A DNA stretch of 64,000 bases from Patescibacteria group bacterium (GTDB lineage Bacteria > Patescibacteriota > Patescibacteriia > JAQUQO01): assembly GCA_028716045.1 (NCBI GenBank), contig JAQUQO010000001.1, positions 256,942-320,941 on the forward strand. Direction: 5' to 3'. Numbering within the stretch: the first letter of the stretch is position 1; every line of letters begins with the position of its first letter. The translations under genes and the position numbers were made by a program. Of this stretch, positions 26,855-37,783 are shown in pieces. The notes beneath the pieces are model-generated. The model had not been told where the DNA came from, made no database searches, and was given only the letters and a program-made list of their open reading frames with translations.

Positions 26855-29779
26855 ATGGAAGATATTTTAGCTAGATTAAATAAAGAGCAAAAAGAGGCGG
26901 TTACCTATGATGGTGGGCCGCTTTTGATTGTGGCGGGCGCGGGAACGGGCAAAACCACAGTGATTACAAGCCGTATTGCTTGGCTTATCAATGAGGCTAA
27001 AGCCAAACCGGAAGAAATCTTGGCTTTGACTTTTACTGATAAAGCGGCGGGGGAAATGGAGGAACGGGTAGACCGGCTGTTGCCCTATGGCTACGTAGAT
27101 TTATGGATTTCCACTTTTCATAGTTTTGCCGAGAGGATTTTAAAACAGCACGCCATTGATATTGGGTTACCGAACGATTTTAAATTGTTAAACAAAACGG
27201 AACAATGGCTGTTGGTGCGGCAGAATTTGGACAAATTTGATTTGGATTATTATCGCCCTTTGGGTAATCCCACAAAATTTATTCACGCTCTTTTAAAGCA
27301 TTTCTCCCGCGCCAAGGACGAAGTGGTCAGCCCGGTGGATTATTTGAAATACGCTGAGAACATTGAGCTCGATAAAGACAGTAAAGACCAGGGTGAAGAG
27401 CGCAGCCGTCTTTTAGAAATCGCCAATGCTTATCATATTTACGAACGCCTGCTTTTGGAAAATAACGCTTTGGATTTTGGCGATTTGATTAATTATACTT
27501 TAAAATTATTCAGGGAGCGCAAAGCTATTTTAGAAAAATACCAAAAGCAGTTTAAATATATTTTGGTTGATGAATTTCAGGACACGAATTGGGCGCAGTA
27601 TGAACTGGTTAAACTTCTGGCGCGAGAAAATCTGGCGGTGGTGGGAGATGACGATCAGTCTATTTATAAATTCCGCGGAGCCTCGGTAAGTAATATTATG
27701 CAGTTCAAAAGCGATTTCCCTGCCGCCAAAGAAGTTGTTTTGACGAATAATTATCGTTCCGCGCAGAATATCTTGGATTTGTCTTATGGTTTTATCAAAC
27801 AAAACAATCCCAATCGTCTGGAGGCGAGTTTGGGTATTGATAAAAAGTTAAAAGCCAACATTAAAGAGAGTGGTTTAATAGAACATTATCACGGGCGGGA
27901 TTTGGATGAGGAGGTGAAATGGATTATTAAAAAAATCGTGGAATTAAAAAATAACAATAAACATTTGTCGTGGAGCGATTTCGCCGTTTTAGTCCGCGCC
28001 AATGACAGCGCCAATATTTTTATCAGGGAAATGATAAAAACCAGAATTCCTTACCAATTCGTGGCGATGCGCGGTCTTTACGGCAAGCCGATTATTCTGG
28101 ATTGCCTCGCTTATTTTAAATTATTGGATAATTATCACGAAAGTCCGGCGCTGTGGAGGATTTTAAATTTGCCGTTTTTTGACATAGATGCCGCCGATCT
28201 CGTGGAACTTAATTTTGAAGCCCAAAAGAAATCCGAGTCGCTTTTTGAAGTTCTAAAAAGAGCATCCGGTATCAATTCTCTCCAACCGGCCACCGCGGGG
28301 AAATTATCCAAAGTTTTGAATTTAATTGCCAAACATTCGTCGTTAGTCAAAGAGAAAAGAGTCAGCGAGATGTTCATTTTATTTTTAAAAGAAAGCGGTT
28401 ATTTGGAATATCTGAACCACAGCGGCCAGACGGCGGGGGAGGAAGAGCGCAGCCGCGAAGCGCTTGGTTATCTTCAGCAATTTTATAAAAAAATTACCGT
28501 CTTTGAAGCGGATTTTCCCGACCCGAAATTGAAAGATTTTGAAAAATTTTTAGAATTAGAAATGGAGAGTGGGGAAGAGGGCGAACTCAACTTTGACCCG
28601 GATGCCGGTCCGGAGATGGTAAAAATTATGACCGTGCATAGCGCTAAAGGTTTGGAATTTGAATATGTTTTTATTCCTAATCTTGTTGACAGAAAATTTC
28701 CAACCACGGAACGCCAAGACCCGATTGAATTGCCGGACGCACTGGTTAAAGAGAAAATACCGGAAGGGGATATGCATTTGGAAGAGGAGCGTCGTCTTTT
28801 TTATGTGGCGATGACCAGGGCTAAAAAGGGGTTATATTTTACTTCCGCGTTGGATTATGGCGGAGCAAGAAAAAAGAAGTTATCGCGGTTTCTGATAGAA
28901 CTCAGGTACAAGGAAAAAGAGGTGAGGGAAAAAGAAGCCGACAATTTTGCGGAAGACGAAAAAACCGCCGGTGATGTAAAAAAGCACAAATATATTTTAC
29001 CCGGCAAATTCAGTTTTACCCAGTTGGCGGCTTTTCAGAATTGCCCTTTGCAGTATAAATTTGCTCATATTTTACGGATTCCGGTTTTAGGCAAAGCGCA
29101 ATTTAGTTTTGGCAAAACTATGCACGCGACCTTGGAAAAATTTTTGAAATTATTTATGGAAAGGAGCGGCGCGAAACAGAAGGATTTGTTTAGCGATAGC
29201 AAAGCCAGCGGTGCTAAATCCTTGCCCGACAAAGAAGAATTATTAAAAATATACCAAGAAGAATGGGACGACTCTTGGTATAATGGCAAAGCCGAAAAAG
29301 AAAAATATCGTAAAATAGGCGAAGAGATACTAACCGACTTTCATCGCATTTTAACGGAGAAAAATCCCAGGATAAAATTTTTAGAACAACCTTTTAATAT
29401 AAAGTTTGGGGATTTCACATTAAAGGGGCAAATTGACAGGATTGACGAGGTTGAAGGCGGAGTGGAAATTATTGATTATAAAACCGGCCAGCCCAAAGAA
29501 AAACTGGAAGCAAACGATAAAAGGCAGTTGCTAATTTATCAGATAGCCGCGGAAGAAGTTTTAAAATTAAAACCCCAGAAACTCACTTATTATTATTTAA
29601 ACGCCAACAAGGAGATGTCATTCGTCGGCACTGAAAAAGATTTAATAAAAACCCGCGAAGAAATAATTTCCGAGATTGAAAAAATCAAGAAGAGCGATTT
29701 TTCTCCGACTCCGGAATTGCATACTTGTAAGTATTGCGATTTTAAAGATATTTGCGAATTTAAAGCCAATGGAGCGTAA
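26855..29779 (+). CDS. UvrD/PcrA-type SF1 helicase fused to a C-terminal PD-(D/E)XK nuclease with Fe-S staple Cys
   Basis: AGAGTGKT, DEFQD, TVHSAKGLEF, EERRLFYVAMTRAK, then GQIDRID..IIDYKTG and CP...CKYC..C. Confidence 0.93.
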   Translation: MEDILARLNKEQKEAVTYDGGPLLIVAGAGTGKTTVITSRIAWLINEAKAKPEEILALTFTDKAAGEMEERVDRLLPYGYVDLWISTFHSFAERILKQHAIDIGLPNDFKLLNKTEQWLLVRQNLDKFDLDYYRPLGNPTKFIHALLKHFSRAKDEVVSPVDYLKYAENIELDKDSKDQGEERSRLLEIANAYHIYERLLLENNALDFGDLINYTLKLFRERKAILEKYQKQFKYILVDEFQDTNWAQYELVKLLARENLAVVGDDDQSIYKFRGASVSNIMQFKSDFPAAKEVVLTNNYRSAQNILDLSYGFIKQNNPNRLEASLGIDKKLKANIKESGLIEHYHGRDLDEEVKWIIKKIVELKNNNKHLSWSDFAVLVRANDSANIFIREMIKTRIPYQFVAMRGLYGKPIILDCLAYFKLLDNYHESPALWRILNLPFFDIDAADLVELNFEAQKKSESLFEVLKRASGINSLQPATAGKLSKVLNLIAKHSSLVKEKRVSEMFILFLKESGYLEYLNHSGQTAGEEERSREALGYLQQFYKKITVFEADFPDPKLKDFEKFLELEMESGEEGELNFDPDAGPEMVKIMTVHSAKGLEFEYVFIPNLVDRKFPTTERQDPIELPDALVKEKIPEGDMHLEEERRLFYVAMTRAKKGLYFTSALDYGGARKKKLSRFLIELRYKEKEVREKEADNFAEDEKTAGDVKKHKYILPGKFSFTQLAAFQNCPLQYKFAHILRIPVLGKAQFSFGKTMHATLEKFLKLFMERSGAKQKDLFSDSKASGAKSLPDKEELLKIYQEEWDDSWYNGKAEKEKYRKIGEEILTDFHRILTEKNPRIKFLEQPFNIKFGDFTLKGQIDRIDEVEGGVEIIDYKTGQPKEKLEANDKRQLLIYQIAAEEVLKLKPQKLTYYYLNANKEMSFVGTEKDLIKTREEIISEIEKIKKSDFSPTPELHTCKYCDFKDICEFKANGA

Positions 29780-29812
29780 TTCTTATAATTTGGAACTTGT
29801 AACTTATAACTT

Positions 29813-30109
29813 ATGTCTTTCGAATCCCTGGGAAACATTTTGAGGGGGTCAGCAAAAAAATCGAGCTTTCGCAAAGGCGTTGAGGCGGCTTTGGTTATTG
29901 AGAAATTTCATCAGATTATAAAAGATATTTGGGGAGATAAAATAGTGGGGGAGGCGAAAGCCTTGCATTTGAAAAATAAAAAATTAACCGTGGCCTGTAT
30001 GAGTTCGGTGGCGGCGCAGGAAATAAGGTTAAGGGAGAAAGAAATTTTAGCGGCAATCAATAATAAGTTGGGTTATCAAGCGGTGGAAAGGATGAGGTAT
30101 CGGTTGTAA
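29813..30109 (+). CDS. DUF721/DciA-family protein
   Basis: About 98 aa, W...VG...L.V...SSVAAQEI.L pattern. Confidence 0.75.
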   Translation: MSFESLGNILRGSAKKSSFRKGVEAALVIEKFHQIIKDIWGDKIVGEAKALHLKNKKLTVACMSSVAAQEIRLREKEILAAINNKLGYQAVERMRYRL

Positions 30110-30249
30110 ATTTAATAGTAATAATTCTACGCCGCCATGCCTGTCCGTTCAATTGGAGGAGGCGGCGTAGAAGTATTTTCTACCCTGCCCGTGGCAGGGG
30201 TTCTAGAAAATAAAAAAGCCCCCGTATTTCGCGGAAGCTTTTAAGAATT

Positions 30250-30936
30250 TTATTTAGCCAGCATAAATTTTTTAATTCGCGACCAACATTTTAGTGAGGC
30301 TATGATTTTGCCCGGGTAGTCCTCGTATTTAGAATACAGCTCTACTGATATAAGGGAGAGGATTCCTACAAAAATTCCCACCGTCGCACCGATTATAGCC
30401 GTGATTGAAAAAAATAGTCCCGTTAATACCCCGGATATTAATCCGGCCACGCTTCCCAACATTAGGATGTAGGGTAAAGCAAAAAAGAGAAAAAATGTTT
30501 TTATGGTTTTGGTAGAAATAGGTTTTTTTTCAATCCCCGTAGACACAGCGAAACAAAAAGCAGCTATTAAGAGAGATACAGTAAAAATATAAGTAATGGC
30601 GCCTTTACTCAAGATGAAACCCACTACGCAACCTATAATCGTCGCAAGAAACACCGAAAGCATAAACATATCCCCATCCTTATATTTTTCTACTTTATAA
30701 GCTAGGTGGGCCATAAAGATAAAGGTAGCGGGGCAAAGAATCCCGATAAGAAGATCTGCGATTCTTGGTATCCCAAAGGGAAATTTGTAGTAAGTATGGT
30801 CTTCTGTAAGTCGTATATCATCAGCAACCGGCATTGCCCCTGTCCACAGATAATAAATAGCCCAAAAGGCGAGAATTAAACCAGTAAATAGTAGCGACCA
30901 CCTCACCATCAGTTTTTTTGTGCGAATAATATCCAT
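30250..30936 (-). CDS. hypothetical multi-pass membrane protein (accessory cassette)
   Basis: About 6 TM helices, TTGACT-17-TATACT promoter, boxA-like element at 30969-30979 and SD AAGGA. Confidence 0.8.
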   Translation of the reverse strand: MDIIRTKKLMVRWSLLFTGLILAFWAIYYLWTGAMPVADDIRLTEDHTYYKFPFGIPRIADLLIGILCPATFIFMAHLAYKVEKYKDGDMFMLSVFLATIIGCVVGFILSKGAITYIFTVSLLIAAFCFAVSTGIEKKPISTKTIKTFFLFFALPYILMLGSVAGLISGVLTGLFFSITAIIGATVGIFVGILSLISVELYSKYEDYPGKIIASLKCWSRIKKFMLAK

Positions 30937-31099
30937 TTTTTTTATCCTTTCTTATGCGGAGTAGTTAATTGTCAAAGAAATTAAACTGATTTTAGTATAT
31001 TAGTTTTTTGTGGTTTAGTCAATTATTTAAGATTCTTGTGGTTTGACTAATCTTGCCGTTTTGCTATTATAAAAGCATAATTTATTTATCTTCTTTAAC

Positions 31100-31480
31100 A
31101 TGACTCTTAATAAATACCTTATTTTAATGGCTTTGGCCACTTTAGTTTGTTGGGGAGCGTGGATTGTGGTTATTAATAATATAGACCCGACGGAAACGGG
31201 ATTTTTGGGCTTCTTCTTTTTCTATTTCAGCTTATTTTTGGCAATTACCGGAACCCTGTCAGTCGTCGGATTTTTTATTCGCAAATTGATTCTTAAAGAA
31301 GAATTGGCTTTTCGCCACGTGGCCGTGGCTTTCCGCCAGGCGGTATTATTTGCCATTTTGATTATCGGTTCACTTATTCTTCAGAACCATAACCTTTTAA
31401 CTTGGTGGAATATAATTTTGTTTATTCTGGCATTGACGGTTTTAGAATTCTTCTTTATATCTTTTAAAAAGGCAAATTAA
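31100..31480 (+). CDS. hypothetical 4-TM membrane protein
   Basis: Hydrophobic ORF co-oriented with and upstream of proS. Confidence 0.8.
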   Translation: MTLNKYLILMALATLVCWGAWIVVINNIDPTETGFLGFFFFYFSLFLAITGTLSVVGFFIRKLILKEELAFRHVAVAFRQAVLFAILIIGSLILQNHNLLTWWNIILFILALTVLEFFFISFKKAN

Positions 31481-31485
31481 TTTTT

Positions 31486-32736
31486 ATGAGACAGTCCCAG
31501 CTTTTTACTAAAACAATAAAAAACATACCAGCCGAAGAAAAGAGCGTCAACGCTCAATTTTTAATCAAAGGAGGTTTTATAGACAAGGTCATGAGCGGTG
31601 TTTATACTTTTCTTCCTTTGGGCTGGAGAGTGATAAATAAAATAGAGAACATTGTGCGCGAGGAAATAAATTTTATCGGCGGACAGGAAGTTTCTATGCC
31701 CGCGCTTCAACCAAAAGAAAATTGGGAGCTTACCAATCGTTGGGACAATTTTGACGCTCTAATTAAAGTGGAGATAGGGGAGGATAGTAAATTTTCCTTA
31801 GGTCCGACTCACGAAGAAATTGTTACGCCCTTGGTTAAAAAATTCGCTTCTTCATATAAAGATTTGCCGGTTTATGTTTATCAGATACAGACGAAATTCA
31901 GGAATGAAGCCAGGCCGAAATCGGGGCTTTTACGCGGGCGGGAATTCATAATGAAGGATTTATATTCTTTCCATACTTCAGAAGAAGATTTGGATAAATA
32001 TTATACCAGAGCTGAAGCCGCTTATGAAAAAATTTACAAACGTTTGAACCTCGGCGGTATCACTTATAAAACATTTGCTTCCGGCGGAGCTTTTTCTAAA
32101 TACTCTCATGAATATCAGACGGTCTCGCCGAATGGGGAAGACACTATTTATATTTGTGATAAGTGTCGCATCGCAGTTAATAAGGAACTTATAGAGAGCG
32201 AAGAGGGGGGCGGTTCGAAATGCCCCGAATGCGGCAATAAAGATTTAAAAGAAGAAAAAGCCATTGAGGTTGGCAACATTTTTAAATTAAAAACCAAATT
32301 TACCGAATGTTTTAATTATAAATACGCGGATGAAGATGGAAAGTTAAAACCCGTGATTATGGGTTGCTACGGTATCGGCATTTCACGTCTCATGGGGGCT
32401 TTAGTAGAAGTTTTTCATGATGATAAAGGTATAATTTGGCCGGAAGCAGTCGCCCCCTTCAGGGCCCATCTTCTGATTTTAGGCGACGATAAAGCGGTTG
32501 CCAAAAAAGCGGAAGTATTGTATAATAAGCTACTTGATAATGGGATAGAAGTTTTATTTGACGACCGAGAGGAATCAGCCGGAGTCAAATTCGCCGATGC
32601 GGATTTAATCGGTATTCCTTATCGTTTAGTAATAAGTCCCAAAACTTTAGATAAGGGAAGTGTAGAATTAAAAAAGAGAGATCAAGAAAGAATGGAATTA
32701 GTTAAAATTAGTGAAATATTGAAGTTGATAAAATAA
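31486..32736 (+). CDS. proS: prolyl-tRNA synthetase (no editing domain)
   Basis: LGPTHEE, KFRNE.RP..GLLRGREF.MKD and MGCYGIG. Confidence 0.96.
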   Translation: MRQSQLFTKTIKNIPAEEKSVNAQFLIKGGFIDKVMSGVYTFLPLGWRVINKIENIVREEINFIGGQEVSMPALQPKENWELTNRWDNFDALIKVEIGEDSKFSLGPTHEEIVTPLVKKFASSYKDLPVYVYQIQTKFRNEARPKSGLLRGREFIMKDLYSFHTSEEDLDKYYTRAEAAYEKIYKRLNLGGITYKTFASGGAFSKYSHEYQTVSPNGEDTIYICDKCRIAVNKELIESEEGGGSKCPECGNKDLKEEKAIEVGNIFKLKTKFTECFNYKYADEDGKLKPVIMGCYGIGISRLMGALVEVFHDDKGIIWPEAVAPFRAHLLILGDDKAVAKKAEVLYNKLLDNGIEVLFDDREESAGVKFADADLIGIPYRLVISPKTLDKGSVELKKRDQERMELVKISEILKLIK

Positions 32737-32745
32737 GGGAAAAAT

Positions 32746-33303
32746 ATGATTATGAAGAATCTATTTTTAGGAGTATTGATTATTGGTGTGGTTATTTTTT
32801 TAGGTGCCGGATGCATTAAAGTAGACAGACAAGATTCTATTGGAGAGATTTCCGGACAGCGAGAGGAAGTTAATTTAGATATTGCACAAGTACCCATAGG
32901 ATTTAATAAATATGTTAACGAGACACTGGGGGTAAGTTTTTTGTATCCCGAAGAGTTCAACAAAATAGAAGTAGATTTTTCAGAACAAGACGCCATGGAT
33001 TTTATTATTTATTTGACTAAGCCAGGATTAATAGAGGATTATCCGGGGGGTATGTTGGAAATTAGTGTTGATAACAAACCATATTTTTCTTCGCTTGACG
33101 AAGACCTAAAAGTCGAGGGAGCTGAAAAAGTAAATTATGGTGGCAGAGAAGGCGTTTTGGTGTCTATACTCGGAGAAGTTGGCGGTTGGGGATTTTCCAC
33201 TGAAATTAAAGAGAGAATTGTCACATTTGCTGATGTAGCCGATTTAGATAAAAATACATATGAAGTTATCATTTCTTCGTTCAAAATAAGAAATTTAGAG
33301 TAG
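32746..33303 (+). CDS. putative lipoprotein
   Basis: LGAGC lipobox and a Y.N..LGVSF.YP motif (PsbP-like fold suspected). Confidence 0.7.
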   Translation: MIMKNLFLGVLIIGVVIFLGAGCIKVDRQDSIGEISGQREEVNLDIAQVPIGFNKYVNETLGVSFLYPEEFNKIEVDFSEQDAMDFIIYLTKPGLIEDYPGGMLEISVDNKPYFSSLDEDLKVEGAEKVNYGGREGVLVSILGEVGGWGFSTEIKERIVTFADVADLDKNTYEVIISSFKIRNLE

Positions 33304-33320
33304 GATTTATTTAATGAATT

Positions 33321-34382
33321 ATGAGAATTTTAGATAAAATTTTAGGGAGGTTTTCCAAGGATTTGGGCATTGATTTAGGGACAGCTAATACTTTGGTGTA
33401 TGTGAAAGACAAGGGGATTGTTATTAACGAGCCGTCGGTTGTAGCTGTCAATATAAAGAATGACCAAATTTTAGCCGTGGGTAATGAGGCTAAAAAAATG
33501 GTCGGCAAAACGCCGGCGCATATTATGGCTTGCCGTCCGCTGGTGGAAGGAGTTATTTCTGATTTTGAAGTGACGGAAAAAATGCTTAAATATTTTTTTC
33601 AGCGTGTTCACGAAGAAACTTCGGCTTTTTTACCGCGCCCGCGGGTTGTTATTGCTATTCCTTTAGATATTACTGAAGTGGAAAGAAAGGCGGTTGAAGA
33701 TGCCACTATTTCCGCCGGAGCCAGAGAGGTGTTTTTAATTGAGCAAGCCATGGCGGCTTCTATTGGCGCCCGTTTGCCCATTGAAGAGGCTACTGGCAAT
33801 ATGGTTGTTGATATGGGCGGCGGGACAACGCAAATTTCCGTTATTTCCCTAGGTGGTATTGTGACCTGGAAAACCATAAAAATTGCCGGAGATGTGATGA
33901 ACAAAGATATTGTTCAGTATGCGAGAGATAATTTTAATTTGCTTTTAGGGGAAAGAGTGGCTGAAGAAATAAAAATAAAGGTGGGGTCAGCTGCGCCCTT
34001 AGACGAGCCGTTGGAGGCCAAAATGCGCGGGCGGGATTTAATTACCGGATTACCCAGAGAAGTCATTGTTACCGATGAGCAGATTAGGAATGCTTTAAAA
34101 CGTTCCGTAAATCAAATAGTGGAAAATGTTAAGGCAACGCTGGAGGTCACCCCGCCGGAACTGGTGGCGGATATTTATGAGAAAGGGATGTTGCTTACCG
34201 GCGGTGGAGCTTTGCTTAAAAATTTAGACAAAGTGCTTTCGGAACGCACCGAGGTTCCAGTGAGGGTAGCCGATGACCCACTTACTTGCGTGGTCCGCGG
34301 TACCGGGATACTTTTGGAAAATTTTGAATTATTAAAAGAGGTGATGGTGCCATCGTCACAGGATTCATCTCGCCCAAGATAA
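33321..34382 (+). CDS. mreB: rod shape-determining protein MreB
   Basis: IDLGTANT, EPSVVA, DMGGGTT and LTGGGALL. Confidence 0.97.
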   Translation: MRILDKILGRFSKDLGIDLGTANTLVYVKDKGIVINEPSVVAVNIKNDQILAVGNEAKKMVGKTPAHIMACRPLVEGVISDFEVTEKMLKYFFQRVHEETSAFLPRPRVVIAIPLDITEVERKAVEDATISAGAREVFLIEQAMAASIGARLPIEEATGNMVVDMGGGTTQISVISLGGIVTWKTIKIAGDVMNKDIVQYARDNFNLLLGERVAEEIKIKVGSAAPLDEPLEAKMRGRDLITGLPREVIVTDEQIRNALKRSVNQIVENVKATLEVTPPELVADIYEKGMLLTGGGALLKNLDKVLSERTEVPVRVADDPLTCVVRGTGILLENFELLKEVMVPSSQDSSRPR

Positions 34383-34394
34383 ATATTATAAACA

Positions 34395-35201
34395 ATGCAA
34401 CGTTCTCGGTCTAAATATTATTTTATTTTTGTAGCAGTATTATTACTGCTCGTTTTTTTGTATTACATCGGCGGATTGCATTTTATCGGAGGAGCAATTA
34501 CTAAAACTTTGAATCCGTTGCTAGGGGAATTTTATTCCGGAGGTAATTGGTTAGAGAATTTTTATTCAGATAAAACCGGAAATAGGGCCGAAATCAGCTC
34601 TTTATTGGCAAAAAATAAGGAATTAGGAGAAAATTATAGTAAGCTTTTAAAAGAAAATGCCGAACTTAAAGTTTTGGTTAATGAAAACGAATCGCTAAAA
34701 AAAGAATTAAAATTTTCCGAAGAGAGAAAATATCGCATTATTCCCGGTCGAGTGATTAGCCGTAATCTATTTTTACCTAATACTCTGATAATAGACAAGG
34801 GCGAAGAGGATGGTCTTCGCAAGGGATTGGCGGTGGTGGCTGACGAGGGAGTTATTATCGGCAAAATAATAAAAATCGAAAAAAGCATTTCAACTATTTT
34901 GCTTTTAACGGATGTTCAGAGTAAATTGGCGGTTATGAGTTTAGACGACCAAGGAATCAATGGAATGGTTAGCGGAGAGTATGGCCTTAGTTTAAAAATG
35001 GAGCTGATACCTAAAGACAAAGAATTGCGTTCCGAGGGGATTGTGGTGACTTCGGGGATAGAAACCGATATTCCCCCAGGACTTTTAGTGGGGCGTATTA
35101 GTCAAATTACTAATTTAAGCGGAGAACTTTTCCAGAGTGCTGTTCTTTCTCCATTGACTAACTATCATAATATAAAATTTGTCTTAGTGTTATTGCCCTA
35201 G
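34395..35201 (+). CDS. mreC: rod shape-determining protein MreC
   Basis: TM plus coiled coil, IDKG..DG and VVTSG...PPGL.VG. Confidence 0.93.
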   Translation: MQRSRSKYYFIFVAVLLLLVFLYYIGGLHFIGGAITKTLNPLLGEFYSGGNWLENFYSDKTGNRAEISSLLAKNKELGENYSKLLKENAELKVLVNENESLKKELKFSEERKYRIIPGRVISRNLFLPNTLIIDKGEEDGLRKGLAVVADEGVIIGKIIKIEKSISTILLLTDVQSKLAVMSLDDQGINGMVSGEYGLSLKMELIPKDKELRSEGIVVTSGIETDIPPGLLVGRISQITNLSGELFQSAVLSPLTNYHNIKFVLVLLP

Positions 35202-35204
35202 TTT

Positions 35205-35732
35205 ATGAAAAAATTTCTTTTACTTTTTTTAGGGGCGATTTTTTCAGTAATTTTGCAAAGTGGTTTTTTAAATTCTTTAGGCGCGCCGCTCAACAATATT
35301 AATTTAGTTTTATGTTTAGTCATTTTTTTGGTAATAATTTTTGATTATCGCGTCGGTTTACTTTTTGGGGTTCTCGCCGGAATTTTTTTAGACATTTATT
35401 CTCCTTTATTTTTCGGTTTATCCACGGTCATTTTTTTACTCATCGCTCTCGGTGTCAATTTTCTTTTTAGCAATTTTTTTACCAATAAATCCCTTTATTC
35501 CTTGATCGTTTTGGGCGGGGTTTCCATCTTGTTTTACGAGTTTTTTCTTTATTTATTAGTTTTTCTGGCGTTTTATTTTGGTGTTTTAGAGTTTCGCATT
35601 TTTTTGGATTATTTTTGGTTTAAAAAGTTAATCAGTGAGATTTTACTGAATATTTTGGTTTTAATTCTGATGTTTTTTATTGTGAAGAGCGGGAGCAAAA
35701 GATTAAGAGCAGTTTTTATTTTTAATGATTGA
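35205..35732 (+). CDS. mreD: rod shape-determining protein MreD
   Basis: Multi-TM with G.FLD, in operon position. Confidence 0.85.
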   Translation: MKKFLLLFLGAIFSVILQSGFLNSLGAPLNNINLVLCLVIFLVIIFDYRVGLLFGVLAGIFLDIYSPLFFGLSTVIFLLIALGVNFLFSNFFTNKSLYSLIVLGGVSILFYEFFLYLLVFLAFYFGVLEFRIFLDYFWFKKLISEILLNILVLILMFFIVKSGSKRLRAVFIFND

Positions 35733-35751
35733 TTTAAGTTGATTTTTAAAT

Positions 35752-37704
35752 ATGTTTATAAGGGATAATAATCCTTTTACTTTCGGCGATAATGAGAAGA
35801 GTTTGGCGGTAAGAAGACGAGAATGGACGCCGGATTCTTTTTTAAATTTGGCTAAAACTGGCAAAGGAGAAGATTTTTTAGGCAAATCAATCGACGACAA
35901 GATATTGGGAAAAATTTTTTTAGTTATCGCCCTGTTTCTTTTTTTATTATTTTCAAGAGCTTTTTATTTACAGATTATAAGGGGCGGGGAATATCGTGAT
36001 TTTGCCGAAGGCAACAGGATTCGCATTAAAGTAACTCCGCCTCCGCGGGGTTTGATTTATGACAGGGGAGGGGAGGCCTTTGTAAAAAACGTCGGGAGTT
36101 TTAATCTAGTAGTAGTACCTTCCGATTTACCCAAGAAAGAAGAAGATAAGGAAGCATTATTTGATAATTTTTCCGAAGAGTATGGCATTGCTAAAGAGCA
36201 AATTAAAAGTTTGCTTGAAGGGGTGCCCAGTTTTTCTTATCAGCCGATTCTATTAAAAGAAAATATCAGCCGGGAAGAGGCCCTGAAGATTCTAATTCAA
36301 AGTGAAAATTTGCCGGGGTTTAGCGTTGACGTTGGCATTCGTCGCGAATATATTATAAACGGCGAGGAAAGTTCTAAAAATTCTCTGGCTCATATCATCG
36401 GGTATGAAGGTAAAATAACCAGGGATGAACTGGCTCTTTATGGCGACGATTATTATTTAAATGACCGTTTGGGTAAATCGGGGTTAGAGCTTTCTTATGA
36501 AAATTTACTCCGCGGCCAGCATGGGGAAAAAAAGGTGGAAGTTGACGTCCGCGGCAGGGAAATAAAAGTTTTGGCGGAGGTTAAACCGGAATTTGGGAGG
36601 AATATCAAACTTTCCATAGACAAAGAATTACAGAAAAAAACAGAAGAATTATTAGCTCGTTATTTAAAGAGCAACAATAAGAAAAGGGGCGCGGTTATAA
36701 TTGAAGACCCAAATAGCGGAGAAATTTTATCAATGGTGAGTTTGCCGACTTTTAATAATAATGATTTTTCCGAAGGCATTAGTCAGGAAATTTATACGGG
36801 CCTTATTAATGACGAATCTCAGCCCCTATTTAATCGGGCTATAAAAGGGGAATATCCTTCGGGGTCAATTTTTAAGCCCATTGTGGCTTTGGCCGCCCTG
36901 GAAGAGGGGATAATCAATCAACGCACAAGTTTTCTCTCCGTCGGAGGTATTAATGTTTATCAATGGTTTTTCCCGGATTGGAAAGCCGGCGGACATGGAT
37001 GGACTAATGTGACGCGCGCTTTAGCTGAATCAATTAATACCTTTTTTTATATTATCGGCGGGGGCTATAAAGATTTTGAGGGCTTGGGTATTTATAAAAT
37101 AGTTGAATATGCTAAAAAATTTAATCTAGGCGAGGGGTTAGGGGTTGATTTACCCGGTGAGGCCTTTGGATTTTTACCGACTCCGGAATGGAAAGAAAAA
37201 GCCAAGGGTGAAGAGTGGTACATAGGCGACACTTATCATTTAGCTATCGGGCAGGGAGATATTTTAGTGACCCCTCTGCAGGCGGTTTCTTGGATTTCGG
37301 TTTTTGCCAATGGCGGCACGTTATATCGCCCGTATTTAGTTAAAGAAATTTTAAATGAAAAAAATGAAGTCGTAGAAGAGGTTAAACCGGAAATTATCAA
37401 TAGCAATTTCGCTTTTCCGCAAAATATAGATATTATCAGGTCTGGTCTTCGACAAGCAGTCGTTTCCGGCAGCGCTAAGGGTTTACTTGATTTACCCATC
37501 ACCTCTGCCGGGAAAACGGGAACGGCGCAATGGCATAGTAAAAAGCAACCGCATTCTTGGTTCGTGGGGTTCGCTCCATATAATAATCCCAAAGTTGCCA
37601 TTGTGGTTTTAATTGAGGAGGGCGGTGAGGGGAGTGGCGTGGCCTTAGCTGTGGCCCACGATATCTTGGGATGGTATTTTGGAAACAAAGAAAAGGAGCT
37701 GTGA
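35752..37704 (+). CDS. mrdA: penicillin-binding protein 2
   Basis: RGLIYDR, SIFK, SIN and KTGTAQ motifs. Confidence 0.95.
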   Translation: MFIRDNNPFTFGDNEKSLAVRRREWTPDSFLNLAKTGKGEDFLGKSIDDKILGKIFLVIALFLFLLFSRAFYLQIIRGGEYRDFAEGNRIRIKVTPPPRGLIYDRGGEAFVKNVGSFNLVVVPSDLPKKEEDKEALFDNFSEEYGIAKEQIKSLLEGVPSFSYQPILLKENISREEALKILIQSENLPGFSVDVGIRREYIINGEESSKNSLAHIIGYEGKITRDELALYGDDYYLNDRLGKSGLELSYENLLRGQHGEKKVEVDVRGREIKVLAEVKPEFGRNIKLSIDKELQKKTEELLARYLKSNNKKRGAVIIEDPNSGEILSMVSLPTFNNNDFSEGISQEIYTGLINDESQPLFNRAIKGEYPSGSIFKPIVALAALEEGIINQRTSFLSVGGINVYQWFFPDWKAGGHGWTNVTRALAESINTFFYIIGGGYKDFEGLGIYKIVEYAKKFNLGEGLGVDLPGEAFGFLPTPEWKEKAKGEEWYIGDTYHLAIGQGDILVTPLQAVSWISVFANGGTLYRPYLVKEILNEKNEVVEEVKPEIINSNFAFPQNIDIIRSGLRQAVVSGSAKGLLDLPITSAGKTGTAQWHSKKQPHSWFVGFAPYNNPKVAIVVLIEEGGEGSGVALAVAHDILGWYFGNKEKEL

Positions 37705-37783
37705 ATAAAATAGACTTGACAGCATGTTTTTAAACTTGTATCTTTATACCTATGTTTAGTAATTTTGTATAATAAAACAGAAT

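Noticed and set aside
37701-37709. Replication origin suggested by DnaA boxes (here and at 1338)
   Set aside because: These are isolated single boxes, with no cluster, unwinding element or dnaA/dnaN nearby.
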